From assembly GCA_965207065.1 (NCBI GenBank), contig OZ242260.1, positions 3,808,001 through 3,872,000 on the forward strand: a stretch of DNA of 64,000 nt, written 5' to 3'. The notes below the pieces were generated by a model that searched no databases, was not told where the DNA came from, and was given only the letters and a program-made list of their open reading frames with translations. This DNA is from a bacterium. Its GTDB lineage: Bacteria; UBA8248. Positions 19,795 to 31,608 of the stretch are shown piece after piece. The stretch's first letter is position 1. Every line of letters begins with the position of its first letter. The position numbers and the translations under genes were made by a program.

Positions 19795-20592
19795 TTACAG
19801 CCCCAGCACGTCCGCCATGCCGTAGATGCCGGGGGCCTTGCCGGCCACCCAGCGGACCGCGCGGACGGCGCCCGCCGCGAAATTATCCCGGCTGCCCGCC
19901 CTGTGGGTGATCTCCACCCGCTCGCCCATCCCGAAGAAATAGACGGTGTGCTCGCCCGGAACGTCGCCGCCGCGCAGCGTCTGCATGCCGATGACGCCTT
20001 CGGGGCGGACGCCCGTCTGGCCTTCGCGGTGAAAAACGGCGTCTTCGGGGTATTTTTTACCCGTAACCCGGGCAAGAATCTCGCCCATGCGCACCGCTGT
20101 TCCCGAGGGAGCGTCTATTTTCTGGTTGTGGTGAGTTTCGATTACCTCGATATCGTAAGCATCGCCGAGAAGCCGTGCCGCCTCTTCTATCAGGCGAAAG
20201 GAGACGTTCACCCCCACGCTCATGTTCGGCGCCAGTACGCAGGCGATATTCTCGCCCAGTCCTGCGATTTCCTCGCGCTGGGCATCGCTGAAGCCCGTGG
20301 TGCCGACGACGGCCGCCATCCCCTTCTCGGCCGCGAGGCGCACGTGGGCGACGCTGGCTTCGGGGATCGCGAAGGAGACCAGCACGTCGCCGCTTAATGA
20401 AGATGTATCGGAAGTAAGGCTGACGCCCATATCACCGCAGCCTGCGTGAGCGCCCGCATCCGCTCCCAAAGCGTCAAACTCCTCGCGTTCGAGCGCGCCC
20501 GAGAGAGAGAGATCGCTTGAGGAGACGATCTGGTGGATGATGCGGCCTCCCATCCTGCCGCCGGCTCCGGCCACGACGATTCGTATCGACAC
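19795..20592 (-). CDS. dapB: 4-hydroxy-tetrahydrodipicolinate reductase
   Basis: GAGGRMG, GTTG, APNMSVG, ETHHNQKIDAPSGTA and HRAGSRDNFAAGA motifs. Confidence 0.97.
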   Translation of the reverse strand: MSIRIVVAGAGGRMGGRIIHQIVSSSDLSLSGALEREEFDALGADAGAHAGCGDMGVSLTSDTSSLSGDVLVSFAIPEASVAHVRLAAEKGMAAVVGTTGFSDAQREEIAGLGENIACVLAPNMSVGVNVSFRLIEEAARLLGDAYDIEVIETHHNQKIDAPSGTAVRMGEILARVTGKKYPEDAVFHREGQTGVRPEGVIGMQTLRGGDVPGEHTVYFFGMGERVEITHRAGSRDNFAAGAVRAVRWVAGKAPGIYGMADVLGL

Positions 20593-20763
20593 GGGATTCC
20601 CCTTCCCTGATTTAGAAATATCAACAAGTCATTGATTGTAAAGCGTATTATATGCGCTTTGCCTCGAAGTGGGAACCTGCCTGCGTCATAATGGGTGTAG
20701 GAAGAGGAAACGTGAAAAACGCCCGCTTTTGGACAGCTTATTTGATACTATAAGGCGACGAGG

Positions 20764-21387
20764 ATGTTCACTCTGGCGATACCGGCTTGGGGGTTGGGAC
20801 TTTTGGAAGCCCCGCACGAAGAGCACGAAGAGTCTGCCTGGATCAAACGCTGCCAGAACGGCGACAAGGACGCCTTCGAACCCCTGGTTCGCCAGAACGC
20901 CGGTAAAATCCAGCGCCTCGTGTGGGGGATGCTCGGGGAACGCAGGGAAGACACCGACGACATCGTTCAGGAGATATTCCTGAAAGCCTACATCTCGCTT
21001 CCGAAATTCCGGGGAGACGCCCGGTTTTCCACCTGGGTCTACCGGATCGCGGTCAATCATTGCCGCGATTACCTCAAGCGCGGCGCGCCGCTGCCGCTGG
21101 AACTCAAAGAAGAGCAAGTCGCCGATGCGCCACCACCCGAAGACAAGGATGAACAGGACGCATTGCGAGAGATGCAGGAGATGCGCGCGAGTGATGAACT
21201 GCAGCGGCTCCTGGCGCAACTGCCGGAGAAACACCGGCGGATTCTGGTGATGCGCGAACTCGAGGGCATGAGTTACGATGAGATAGGCGAAGTGCTCCAG
21301 ATAAGGCCCGGCACGGTGCGCTCGAGACTCAACCGGGCGCGCGCGGGTATTATTCGCGTGGCGGTGAGAGCCCGGGAGGCGAAGTGA
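20764..21387 (+). CDS. ECF RNA polymerase sigma factor (sigma-24 type); start uncertain
   Basis: Region 2 DDIVQEIFLKAY..LPKFRGDARFSTWVYRIAVN and region 4 LEGMSYDEIGEVLQIRPGTVRSRLNRAR. Confidence 0.92.
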   Translation: MFTLAIPAWGLGLLEAPHEEHEESAWIKRCQNGDKDAFEPLVRQNAGKIQRLVWGMLGERREDTDDIVQEIFLKAYISLPKFRGDARFSTWVYRIAVNHCRDYLKRGAPLPLELKEEQVADAPPPEDKDEQDALREMQEMRASDELQRLLAQLPEKHRRILVMRELEGMSYDEIGEVLQIRPGTVRSRLNRARAGIIRVAVRAREAK

Positions 21388-21845
21388 TGCGCTGGTGGGA
21401 CAACATTTTCAACAGAGGTCGAAACGCGCAGGATTGGGACGCTCACAAGCCCGACGATGATACTGTCGCCGAGCTGCAAGCCCTCTTCGAGTCCGCGCGC
21501 GAGGATGCGCCTGAGCCTGACGATAAACTCTGGGAGAAGCTGCGCCCCCAGCTCGCCGCCCATGAGGGGCAACAAGCCCAGGGCGCCCTCTCCTTCATCT
21601 CGGTTGTTGCCGCTACGGGGCCGAGATTCGCCGCCGCGGCCCTGGGAATCCTGCTCCTCGCGGCGGGCCTTCTCTGGAACCAGGGCGTGGAGAGGCAGGC
21701 GCGCATCCTGGAACGCCAGGCGGCAGTAGCACTCTATACAGACAGAAATCCCCTGAACCCGATTGTGATGATCGGTGGCGAACTCGAGGCGCAGAGGGGC
21801 GAAGATCTGCTCCAATTCGTCGCCTACGGCTCGACGGATCGTTAG
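21384..21845 (+). CDS. Putative single-pass anti-sigma factor
   Basis: GTGA overlap with the ECF gene, a short cytoplasmic N-domain and one TM (FAAAALGILLLAAGLLW). Confidence 0.6.
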   Translation: MMRWWDNIFNRGRNAQDWDAHKPDDDTVAELQALFESAREDAPEPDDKLWEKLRPQLAAHEGQQAQGALSFISVVAATGPRFAAAALGILLLAAGLLWNQGVERQARILERQAAVALYTDRNPLNPIVMIGGELEAQRGEDLLQFVAYGSTDR

Positions 21846-21862
21846 CCTGTGAGATTGAGACG

Positions 21863-22408
21863 ATGAAAACCTGGTTCACGAAAGAATTCATGAAGGCGTC
21901 GGCGGTGCTGTTGATCGTGTTCCTGGCGGGCGCGGGCGTCGGCTACGTCGGCGGCCATAAATACGCGGCATACAAGTTCCACAACGATTACATGTCCCGC
22001 GTATTCAAGTCCCGCATCGAAGCCACAACACCCTCGCCTCCCATGATGCGCTCCCGCCGCGCAGAACGCGCCGGAAGCGAAAGAAGCGCCGCAAGACGCC
22101 GCTCCAGAGGCGAAAGACGCTTCATGCGCAGGCTCGAGCGTGACTTGAACCTGAACACCTCGCAGCGCGAAAACGTGGACCGCGCGCTCGAGCGCCATTA
22201 TGCGCGAATCCGCGACATCAGGAGCCAGATGAGGCCGCAGATCAACTCCATCATGCAGGAAATACGCAAGGACGTGCGCTCTTTCCTGGACAATGAGCAA
22301 AAAACATCTTTTGACGAAATGGTCCGGAAATTCGAGGAAAGACGCAAAAGAAGATGGAGGAAGCACAGGAAGCACCACCCAGGCGACCCGGCCGGTCAGT
22401 CGAAGTAG
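21863..22408 (+). CDS. Membrane-anchored Spy/CpxP-like (periplasmic heavy-metal-sensor-like) helical protein
   Basis: N-terminal TM, with LNLNTSQRE and FLDNEQKTSF LTxxQ-like repeats. Confidence 0.65.
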   Translation: MKTWFTKEFMKASAVLLIVFLAGAGVGYVGGHKYAAYKFHNDYMSRVFKSRIEATTPSPPMMRSRRAERAGSERSAARRRSRGERRFMRRLERDLNLNTSQRENVDRALERHYARIRDIRSQMRPQINSIMQEIRKDVRSFLDNEQKTSFDEMVRKFEERRKRRWRKHRKHHPGDPAGQSK

Positions 22409-22479
22409 CAGTGAGTACCTGTAAGCAAATGCAACGCCGCCAGAATGGAACGCAAACGCAACACCGGAGGAAACAATAC

Positions 22480-23100
22480 ATGAAACGTCAAAAACGCCGC
22501 ACCCTTTCGACAGCCGTCATCGCCGCCGTATTGAGCCTCGGTCTCGCAGGCGCGGCGGCCTGGGCCCAATCTCCCACGCCCACCCCTCCGCACCACATGC
22601 AGAATCTTCCGCAATTCATGCAAAACATGATGGAAGACGCGCATTTCGGCCAGCGCGGCCACCGGGGACGCCGCGGAATGCGCGGCCCGAGGCCCTACTC
22701 GGCGCGTCCGCTGGTTTCCATCGCGCTGAGAAACCACGAAGAGCTCAAGCTCACCGACGACCAGATGAAACGCCTCAAGGATATCCGAGACGCGTTCTCC
22801 AAGAAGGCGGTGAAAGAAGGCGCTGAAATGAAGAGCCTCAGAATCGACCTCAGGCGCGCGCTCGACGCCGAAAAGCTCGACCTCGCCGACGTGGAAAAGA
22901 AAATCCGCGAGATCTCGAAGATGCGGGTGGACTTGCGGATCGCGCGCCTCAAGGCGATTCAGGAAGGAAAATCCGTCCTGAACGATGAGCAGCAGAAGCA
23001 GTTGACGAAAATCGCCCGGAAACGCCGCGGCAGGGGTCCCGGAATGCATGAACAGATGTTCAGGGGACCTGGCCGAGGGAACCAGTCCCAGACTTACTAG
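22480..23100 (+). CDS. Spy/CpxP family periplasmic protein
   Basis: ATG 22480 with a GGAGG RBS, signal peptide ending AWA-Q, LKLTDDQ and VLNDEQ motifs, and His/Met/Gly-rich ends. Confidence 0.8.
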   Translation: MKRQKRRTLSTAVIAAVLSLGLAGAAAWAQSPTPTPPHHMQNLPQFMQNMMEDAHFGQRGHRGRRGMRGPRPYSARPLVSIALRNHEELKLTDDQMKRLKDIRDAFSKKAVKEGAEMKSLRIDLRRALDAEKLDLADVEKKIREISKMRVDLRIARLKAIQEGKSVLNDEQQKQLTKIARKRRGRGPGMHEQMFRGPGRGNQSQTY

Positions 23101-23113
23101 TAGACATCCCGGC

Positions 23114-23146
23114 GCCCCGGGGCATGGCGTAAAAACCATGTCCCGG
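23114..23146 (+). terminator. Stem-loop downstream of the ECF-Spy operon
   Basis: cccggggcatgg-cgtaaaaa-ccatgtcccggg hairpin. It has no clear U-tract. Confidence 0.45.
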
Positions 23147-23438
23147 GCTTCCGGGCCTCTCTGTTGGAGCCGCCATGTGGATTCTGATGTATGAGATATA
23201 CGCCGGTTACGATTTGCTCGATTTCACCCTGGCGGGCGCCATCCTCATCGTTTCGGGGATGGTTTGCCTTCTCCTGAGAGAACTCCGGCTGGATGATTTG
23301 CAGAACGCGGTCCCATCCGGGGGAGAAGGATAACGCAGCCTCCGATTCAAAGGGGCTATTGAAAAAGCCTTTGTCGAGGGAGCAACCCCCCTTATCAGGG
23401 TCTGTTGAAAAAGCCCACATAAGAAGCGTACCGAATTT

Positions 23439-23623
23439 CACTCCCCCCTTGAGGGTCGGTCTATCCTCCTCGGGTAGACCGACGAAGAGCTGAGGGCGTA
23501 AGCCCGAAAGCGATTCGGTGGGGGGCATAACTCGGAGTGGCAATAAAACGCGATTCACCCCCCACCGCATCAGCCTTCGCAAAAAACGCTCGGCTTCTGC
23601 GACTCCCCCTCAAGGGGGGAGTG
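23439..23623. repeat. 185-bp MITE-like structured element with perfect 17-bp terminal inverted repeats
   Basis: cactccccccttgaggg (23439-23455) pairs with ccctcaaggggggagtg (23607-23623). Internal hairpin gtcggtctatc...ggtagaccgac and a cggtgggggg/ccccccaccg pair. Confidence 0.75.
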
Positions 23624-23769
23624 GTGTCTCCATGCTGAATTGGAAAAATCATTAAGAGCCAGCTGAAAAATGGTGATGTCTGAGGTTTTATCGCGACCGA
23701 ATTAGGGAAGGCGTGCTAAATTCATTTTTGCTCGTCATTCCAGCACTACAGGGTATTACTACAGTCCCT

Positions 23770-24594
23770 TCACAGCAGAGCCTCTTCCGTCATCTCGCCT
23801 TTGTAGACGAGCCTGGTCTCGCCTTCCATGTAGACGTCGCGCACATCTGAGCCTGCGCCCTCGAAATAGATCTTGAGAATTTCGCCGCTGCGCACCGTAA
23901 CGTCCACGGGAGCGGTTACGAAGCCGCGCGTAGCGGCGAGTATCGCCGTCGCCACCGCGCCCGTGCCGCAGGCCAGGGTCTCGTTCTCCACCCCTCGCTC
24001 ATAGGTTCTCAGAATCACGGAATTAGCCCCGCTCACCCGGGCGAAATTCGCATTCGCGCCGGCCGGCGCAAAGGCATCGTGCGTGCGGATCGCCCGGCCG
24101 TCGCCCACGACCTCCACGGACTCCACGTCGTCCATGAACTCCACGGCATGGGGGACGCCGGTATTCATGTGATCCACGACCACCCCTCTCCCGTTGATAT
24201 CGAGTTCAACCCCCGCGCGGAAATCAAAGGGCTGGGTCATCCGCAACTTGACACGCGAGCCGTTCATCGTCGCGTCGATGACGCCCGCGATGGTCTCGAA
24301 CGACACCGAGTCCGTAGCCAGACCCAATTCTTTGGCAAAACGCGCGGCGCAGCGCCCGCCGTTGCCGCACATCTCGCCCTCCGAACCGTCGGCGTTGAAG
24401 AAGCGCCACTTGAAATCAGCCCGTTCGCTCGGTTCGATGAACATCAGCCCGTCGGCGCCCACGGACTGGCCCCTGCGACAAACCCGCTGGACGAAATCGA
24501 TCATCTCATCGGCCCGGTGCTCCAGGTTCCTGTTGTCGATGAAGATGAAATCGTTCCCGCTTCCGCTGAACTTGGTAAAAGCGATTTTGCTCAC
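23770..24594 (-). CDS. dapF: Diaminopimelate epimerase
   Basis: GSGNDF, NADGSEGEMCGNGGRC, GVPH and ERGVENETLACGTG motifs. Confidence 0.97.
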   Translation of the reverse strand: MSKIAFTKFSGSGNDFIFIDNRNLEHRADEMIDFVQRVCRRGQSVGADGLMFIEPSERADFKWRFFNADGSEGEMCGNGGRCAARFAKELGLATDSVSFETIAGVIDATMNGSRVKLRMTQPFDFRAGVELDINGRGVVVDHMNTGVPHAVEFMDDVESVEVVGDGRAIRTHDAFAPAGANANFARVSGANSVILRTYERGVENETLACGTGAVATAILAATRGFVTAPVDVTVRSGEILKIYFEGAGSDVRDVYMEGETRLVYKGEMTEEALL

Positions 24595-25868
24595 GGAATC
24601 CGCCTCTCCTCGATGAATGCCGGTATGTGCTCGCCGCGAATGAGGTCGTCATACGACTCGCGCTCCCTGATTATATGATACTCATCCCCGCGCACAAGAA
24701 TCTCGGGCGGACGGGGGCGCGAGTTGTAGTTCGACGCCATGGTGAAGCCGTACGCGCCCGAACTCATGACGGCCACCAGGTCGTCGCGGTACAGTTCGGG
24801 CAAATCCCGGTCTTTCGCCAGGTAGTCCCCGCTCTCGCATACGGGACCCACCAGGTCCGTAACATGTTTCGGCCTCTCCCGCGCCGCCTCCTCCACGGGC
24901 CATACATCCTGGAAGGCCTGATACAGGCTGGGCCTGATGAGGTCATTCATGCCGGCGTCGATGATCACGAAGCGCTTTTCGGGATTTTCCTTCTGATACA
25001 GCACGCGCGTGACGAGCACCCCTGCGTTGCCCGTGATGACGCGGCCCGGCTCGAAAATGAGCGTGCAGCCCAAATCCTTCAGCTTCGGCAATATGGCCGC
25101 CGCATATTCTTTTGGCAGCGGCGGCGCCTCGTCGTGATAAGTGATGCCGAGGCCGCCGCCCAGGTTCAAGTAGCGGATGTCGTGGCCGTCTCCGCGCAAT
25201 TCGCCCACCAGGCGCGCCACGATTTCCACCGAATCGGCGAACGGACTGCTCGACGTGATCTGGCTTCCGATATGGCAGTGCACGCCGGAGGGTTCGATGC
25301 CCTCGAGATTCGCGGCGGTCTGGTACTGCTCCCTCGCCCGATTGATGTCGATGCCGAACTTGCTCTTCTTGAGTCCGGTGGTGATGTAAGGGTGGGTCTG
25401 GGGATCGACGTCGGGGTTCACCCGAATCGCGACTTGCGCTTTTTTGCCGATGCGGCTCGCCACCGCGCCGATGTTCACCAACTCCTCTTCGCTCTCCACG
25501 TTGAACAACAAAACGCCTTTTTCGAGCGCGTAGGCAATCTCCTCATCCGACTTGCCGACACCCGCGAACACGATGCGGTCGGCGGGCATCCCGGCCTTGA
25601 CCGCGCGGAACAGTTCCCCGCCCGATACGATGTCCAGCCCCCCGCCCATCGCGCCGAAGAGCCGGAGTATCGCCAGGTTCGAATTGCTCTTCATGGCGAA
25701 ACAGACAAGGTGCGGAACGGATGCGAACGCCTCGTCGAAGACGCGGAAATGCCTCGTAAGCGTCTCGTGGCTGTAGGCGTAAAAAGGCGTTCCCACCTCC
25801 TCGGCCAGCCGCGTCAAGGATACGTCTTCGGCGCACAACTCGCCGCCTTTGTAGTCAAAATGGTGCAT
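24591..25868 (-). CDS. lysA: Diaminopimelate decarboxylase
   Basis: Start MHHFDYK at 25868. FAMKSNSN, HIGSQI, EPGR, GPVCESGD and GAYGFTMASNYNSRPRP motifs. Confidence 0.97.
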   Translation of the reverse strand: MHHFDYKGGELCAEDVSLTRLAEEVGTPFYAYSHETLTRHFRVFDEAFASVPHLVCFAMKSNSNLAILRLFGAMGGGLDIVSGGELFRAVKAGMPADRIVFAGVGKSDEEIAYALEKGVLLFNVESEEELVNIGAVASRIGKKAQVAIRVNPDVDPQTHPYITTGLKKSKFGIDINRAREQYQTAANLEGIEPSGVHCHIGSQITSSSPFADSVEIVARLVGELRGDGHDIRYLNLGGGLGITYHDEAPPLPKEYAAAILPKLKDLGCTLIFEPGRVITGNAGVLVTRVLYQKENPEKRFVIIDAGMNDLIRPSLYQAFQDVWPVEEAARERPKHVTDLVGPVCESGDYLAKDRDLPELYRDDLVAVMSSGAYGFTMASNYNSRPRPPEILVRGDEYHIIRERESYDDLIRGEHIPAFIEERRIP

Positions 25869-25908
25869 TCTGAAAGCTCTCCTTCCGGGTCCCTTTGAGC
25901 TTGCGTTC

Positions 25909-26028
25909 TTACAAGCTCTTAGCGACCGGACTCTTCGGTGGTTTCGGCGGTCCCTTGACGCCGCAACCCACGGCCATGCAGGCCATCCCGACAATAAGGA
26001 CGCCCACCAGTAAAATTCTCTTCATCAT
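25909..26028 (-). CDS. Small lipoprotein of the LptM/YifL/LppL type (39 aa)
   Basis: Below the ORF track cutoff. Manual translation gives MMKRILLVGVLIVGMACMAVGCGVKGPPKPPKSPVAKSL*, with a lipobox (AVG-C) and CGxKGP signature. Lies between argH and lysA. Confidence 0.8.
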   Translation of the reverse strand: MMKRILLVGVLIVGMACMAVGCGVKGPPKPPKSPVAKSL

Positions 26029-26029
26029 C

Positions 26030-27457
26030 CTATATTCCCAGTCGTTTTTTCTCGGCCCGTATCTGGGCCCTCACGCTTCTCTTCGAAGCCCCGCCTGCGC
26101 TGCTTCTCGAACGCAGGGACTTCTGCAAATCCGTTTCCGCCAAATCGCCCACGTCGAGCATGGGGTCGGCCTCCTCCAGGTCCTCGGCGCTCAACGCCCC
26201 GAGCGCCACCCCTTTGTCGACCGCGATTCGCACGGCGCGCCCCGCCGCCTCATGCGCCTGGCGGAAGGGAACCCCCCGCCGCACCATGGCGTCCGCCAGG
26301 TCCGTCGCCGTCATGTAGCCGCCCTCTGCGGCTTGCGCCATCGCCTGCTTTTTAAACCGCATGGATTCGACCATGGGCGCCATGACCTCCAGTGAGGCCA
26401 GCAGCGTGTCCGCGGCGTCGAAGAGGGATTCCTTGTCCTCCTGCATATCGCGGTTATAGGTGAGCGGCAGCCCTTTCATCAACGTGAGCAGGGCGATGAG
26501 ATCACCGAAGACGCGCCCGCTCTTGCCCCGGACGATCTCGGCCACGTCGGGGTTTTTCTTCTGCGGCATGAGCGAGCTTCCCGTCGCGAAGGAATCCGCA
26601 AGCTCCACGAAACCGAACTCACCGCTCGCCCAGAGAATGACCTCCTCCCCCAGGCGGCTTAAGTGCATCATCGAAATAGCGGCGGCGGAAGCGAATTCGA
26701 GCGCGAAATCCCTGTCGCTCACCGCGTCCATGCTGTTCTCGGCGACGGAGGCGAACCCGAGCTTTTTCGCCACCATTTTTCTGTCTATCGGGTGGCTCGT
26801 GCCCGCAAGCGCTCCCGCGCCCAGCGGCAGGACGTTGACGCGTGCGCGCGCTTCGGCGAACCGCTCCCCGTCGCGCCTGAGCATCTGGGAATACGCGAGC
26901 AGATGATGCGCCAGCGAGACGGGCTGCGCGCGCTGTAAATGCGTGTAGCCTGGCATCACCGCCTCGACGTGCTCTTCCGCCTGCGCGAGCAGGGCGCGCC
27001 TCAGCTTCAGGAGCGCCTCCCCTATCTCATCTATCCGGTTCCTGAGCCAAAGCCTGAGTGAGGTGGCCACCTGGTCGTTCCGGCTCCGGGCCGTGTGCAG
27101 CCTGCCGCCGACGGCGCCGATTCGCTCCGTCAGCGCCGCCTCGACGTTCATGTGCACGTCTTCGAGTTCGGCCCGGAATTCGAACTTGCCCGCCTCCACT
27201 TCCTTGAATATAGCCTTGAGGCCGGTGACGATTTTCCGCGCATCCGCTTTCGTGATGACCCCCTGCGCTCCGAGCATCTCCGCGTGGGCGACCGAAGCCA
27301 GGACGTCATACGGCGCCAGGCGGTAGTCGAACGAGACGCTCTCGGTGAAGGCCTCCACGCGCGCATCCGTCCCCCCCCGGAACCTCCCGCCCCAGGGTTT
27401 CATGGTCTTCGTCTTCGGAGACTTCGCCACTCGCTTCGGCATCATCTTACTTCCCAT
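26030..27457 (-). CDS. argH: Argininosuccinate lyase
   Basis: WGGRF, EDVHMNVE, HTARSRNDQ, PGYTHLQRAQP and GSSLMPQKKNPD motifs. Confidence 0.97.
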   Translation of the reverse strand: MGSKMMPKRVAKSPKTKTMKPWGGRFRGGTDARVEAFTESVSFDYRLAPYDVLASVAHAEMLGAQGVITKADARKIVTGLKAIFKEVEAGKFEFRAELEDVHMNVEAALTERIGAVGGRLHTARSRNDQVATSLRLWLRNRIDEIGEALLKLRRALLAQAEEHVEAVMPGYTHLQRAQPVSLAHHLLAYSQMLRRDGERFAEARARVNVLPLGAGALAGTSHPIDRKMVAKKLGFASVAENSMDAVSDRDFALEFASAAAISMMHLSRLGEEVILWASGEFGFVELADSFATGSSLMPQKKNPDVAEIVRGKSGRVFGDLIALLTLMKGLPLTYNRDMQEDKESLFDAADTLLASLEVMAPMVESMRFKKQAMAQAAEGGYMTATDLADAMVRRGVPFRQAHEAAGRAVRIAVDKGVALGALSAEDLEEADPMLDVGDLAETDLQKSLRSRSSAGGASKRSVRAQIRAEKKRLGI

Positions 27458-27659
27458 GTTGAACCACGGCGCGCCCCGGAAATTACGCTCAGGGGCGCAA
27501 AGAGAACTGCTTACACGATAGCATGCGGATAGGGCAACCGGGGGACCTGGAAATCAGGCGGAACCGCCCGAATCGCTTGCGGGCGAGCGCCGCATCTTCT
27601 AGGATGAGCCTTACATAGTTTTTTTCAAACCTTTCCGCTGCATTTTTGGGAAAACGTAT

Positions 27660-28940
27660 TTGGAACAAAGAAACCGTTTATTCTCACCCGGACAATGGAT
27701 TTTCATCGTCTCCGCATTTGTCCTCATGGGGCTCTTCTCGGGCCTTAATTTTCTATTCGGCGTATTCCTGAACCCCCTGGTGGACGAGTTCGCCTGGAAC
27801 CGATCGACGGCCTCGGCGGCGTATTCCCTCAACATGTTCATGATAGCGTTCTGCTCGATGATTGCGGGCGGCTTCTCCGATAAATTCGGGACGAGACCCG
27901 TGCTGATCGTCGGGATCCTGATCGCAGGCGGTTCGCTGCTCCTCTCTTTTTTCATCCAGAACCTGTGGCACTACTTCCTGTTCACCGGCGTGATGGCGGG
28001 CACGGGACGCGCGGCCATCGCAACGCCCGTGCAAGCCTTTATTCAGCGCAACCTGAACAGACACCGGGGGCTGGCCACCGGGCTTGCCGGCTCGGGCACG
28101 GGTCTCGGCATATTGATCCTGGCGCCCCTCACCGGCTTTTTCATCAGCAATCACGGATGGAGACTCTCCTATCTGTACCTGGGCGTCATATTTTTCGTTT
28201 TCGCCGTTCCCGCGGCGCTGTCCCTGAAGCCACAAAGACAATCCATGACGGGCGGCGACGGCTCCAAGCAATCCCCGGCCAGACAGGAAGAACCCGACCC
28301 GATTCTCCCCGAAGCGTCCATGGGAATGCGGGAAATACTCAAGCGCAGGCCGTTCTGGATGATCATTTCCAGTCACGCCACCGACTGCATGTGCCACTCG
28401 GTTCTCATCGTTCACCTGGTGCCCATCGCGATTGAGGCGGGCATACCGCACCTGCAGGCGGCGGGACTCGTGGGCGTCATGGGTCTGGGGACGCTCATCG
28501 GGCGAATCAGCATGGGCGTGCTCTCGGACCGAATCGGCTCGAAATGGGCGTTGTTCACCACGCTCACGACGCAGACACTGGCTGTTCCCTTCCTGTTCTG
28601 GATTGATTCCACCTACGCGTTCTATGCCGTCGCCCTGGTGGTCGGGGTCGGCATGGGAGGACACGGGACGATGTATCCCGTGGTCACGCGCGAATACTAT
28701 GGCCCCAAGAAAATAGGCCTCCTCTTCGGGGCCTTCATCACGGGCGCGAGTTCGGGAATGGCCACGGGCGGATTCATGGGCGGGCTGCTCCACGATCTGA
28801 GCGGTAATTACACGCTCTCCATCCTGTTCAGCTTCCTGACCGGGGTCGCCTCGCTGTTCTTCGTGCTCTCCTACCCTTCCAGAGAAAAACCGAGCAGGAA
28901 AGAGGAGGTGGCGCACCCCGCCGCACAACCCGCGGGTTGA
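27660..28940 (+). CDS. MFS transporter (OFA/monocarboxylate-like)
   Basis: About 12 hydrophobic segments and motif A in both halves (GGFSDKFGTR, GVLSDRIGSK). Confidence 0.88.
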   Translation: MEQRNRLFSPGQWIFIVSAFVLMGLFSGLNFLFGVFLNPLVDEFAWNRSTASAAYSLNMFMIAFCSMIAGGFSDKFGTRPVLIVGILIAGGSLLLSFFIQNLWHYFLFTGVMAGTGRAAIATPVQAFIQRNLNRHRGLATGLAGSGTGLGILILAPLTGFFISNHGWRLSYLYLGVIFFVFAVPAALSLKPQRQSMTGGDGSKQSPARQEEPDPILPEASMGMREILKRRPFWMIISSHATDCMCHSVLIVHLVPIAIEAGIPHLQAAGLVGVMGLGTLIGRISMGVLSDRIGSKWALFTTLTTQTLAVPFLFWIDSTYAFYAVALVVGVGMGGHGTMYPVVTREYYGPKKIGLLFGAFITGASSGMATGGFMGGLLHDLSGNYTLSILFSFLTGVASLFFVLSYPSREKPSRKEEVAHPAAQPAG

Positions 28941-29045
28941 GGCGCATTCGCGCAATCGCGGATGCGTGTTCTTGAGCCGGCAAGCGCCGGAATCGATCAG
29001 AAGCGCATTCACATCTTGTAGTGGGCCGTTGTTATGAACGGCTCA

Positions 29046-29249
29046 AGGTCGCGACCTCGGACAGGCACAGGGGCCTGTCCCTACGCAATACGCGATGGTT
29101 CCGTAGGGGCGGCCCCCCGTGGCCGCCCATGCGATCAACGTGTTCCATCATTTCGCATTCGGGATGTATGTCAGCCATATATGTCTGACATATTATGCGA
29201 CCCGTTTTGGGCTGCGGAAGGGCCGGGCCGCATAATATGCGGCCCCTAC
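29046..29249. repeat. GTAG/CTAC REP-like palindrome cluster
   Basis: 29046-29084 matches 19095-19133 at 38/39 nt. Also gtaggggcggccccccgtggccgccc (29103-29128) and gggccgcataatatgcggcccctac (29225-29249). Confidence 0.85.
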
Positions 29250-29292
29250 ACTCTCAAACGGCGCCGTCCGCTGGTGGATTCGGCGAGATACG

Positions 29293-29325
29293 ACACCGGG
29301 CCGCGTCTGAGACGCGGCCCGGTGT
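29293..29325. terminator. Perfect GC-rich hairpin just downstream of katG
   Basis: acaccgggccgcgtct-g-agacgcggcccggtgt, between the convergent MFS and katG genes. Confidence 0.6.
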
Positions 29326-29358
29326 TTCAGCCTGTTTTCCTCGTTTCCCGTTACCCGC

Positions 29359-31608
<2,250 letters not shown>

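Noticed and set aside
19752-20075. N-terminal extension of the cupin ORF containing CxxC-like motifs
   Set aside because: It overlaps dapB in another frame, and a strong RBS supports the start at 19751.
20672-20700. GGAACC as an autoregulatory ECF promoter
   Set aside because: There is no convincing -10 element at the expected spacing.
23097-23652. ORFs 23097-23582, 23293-23493 and 23461-23652
   Set aside because: They run through repeat elements and show no protein-like motifs.
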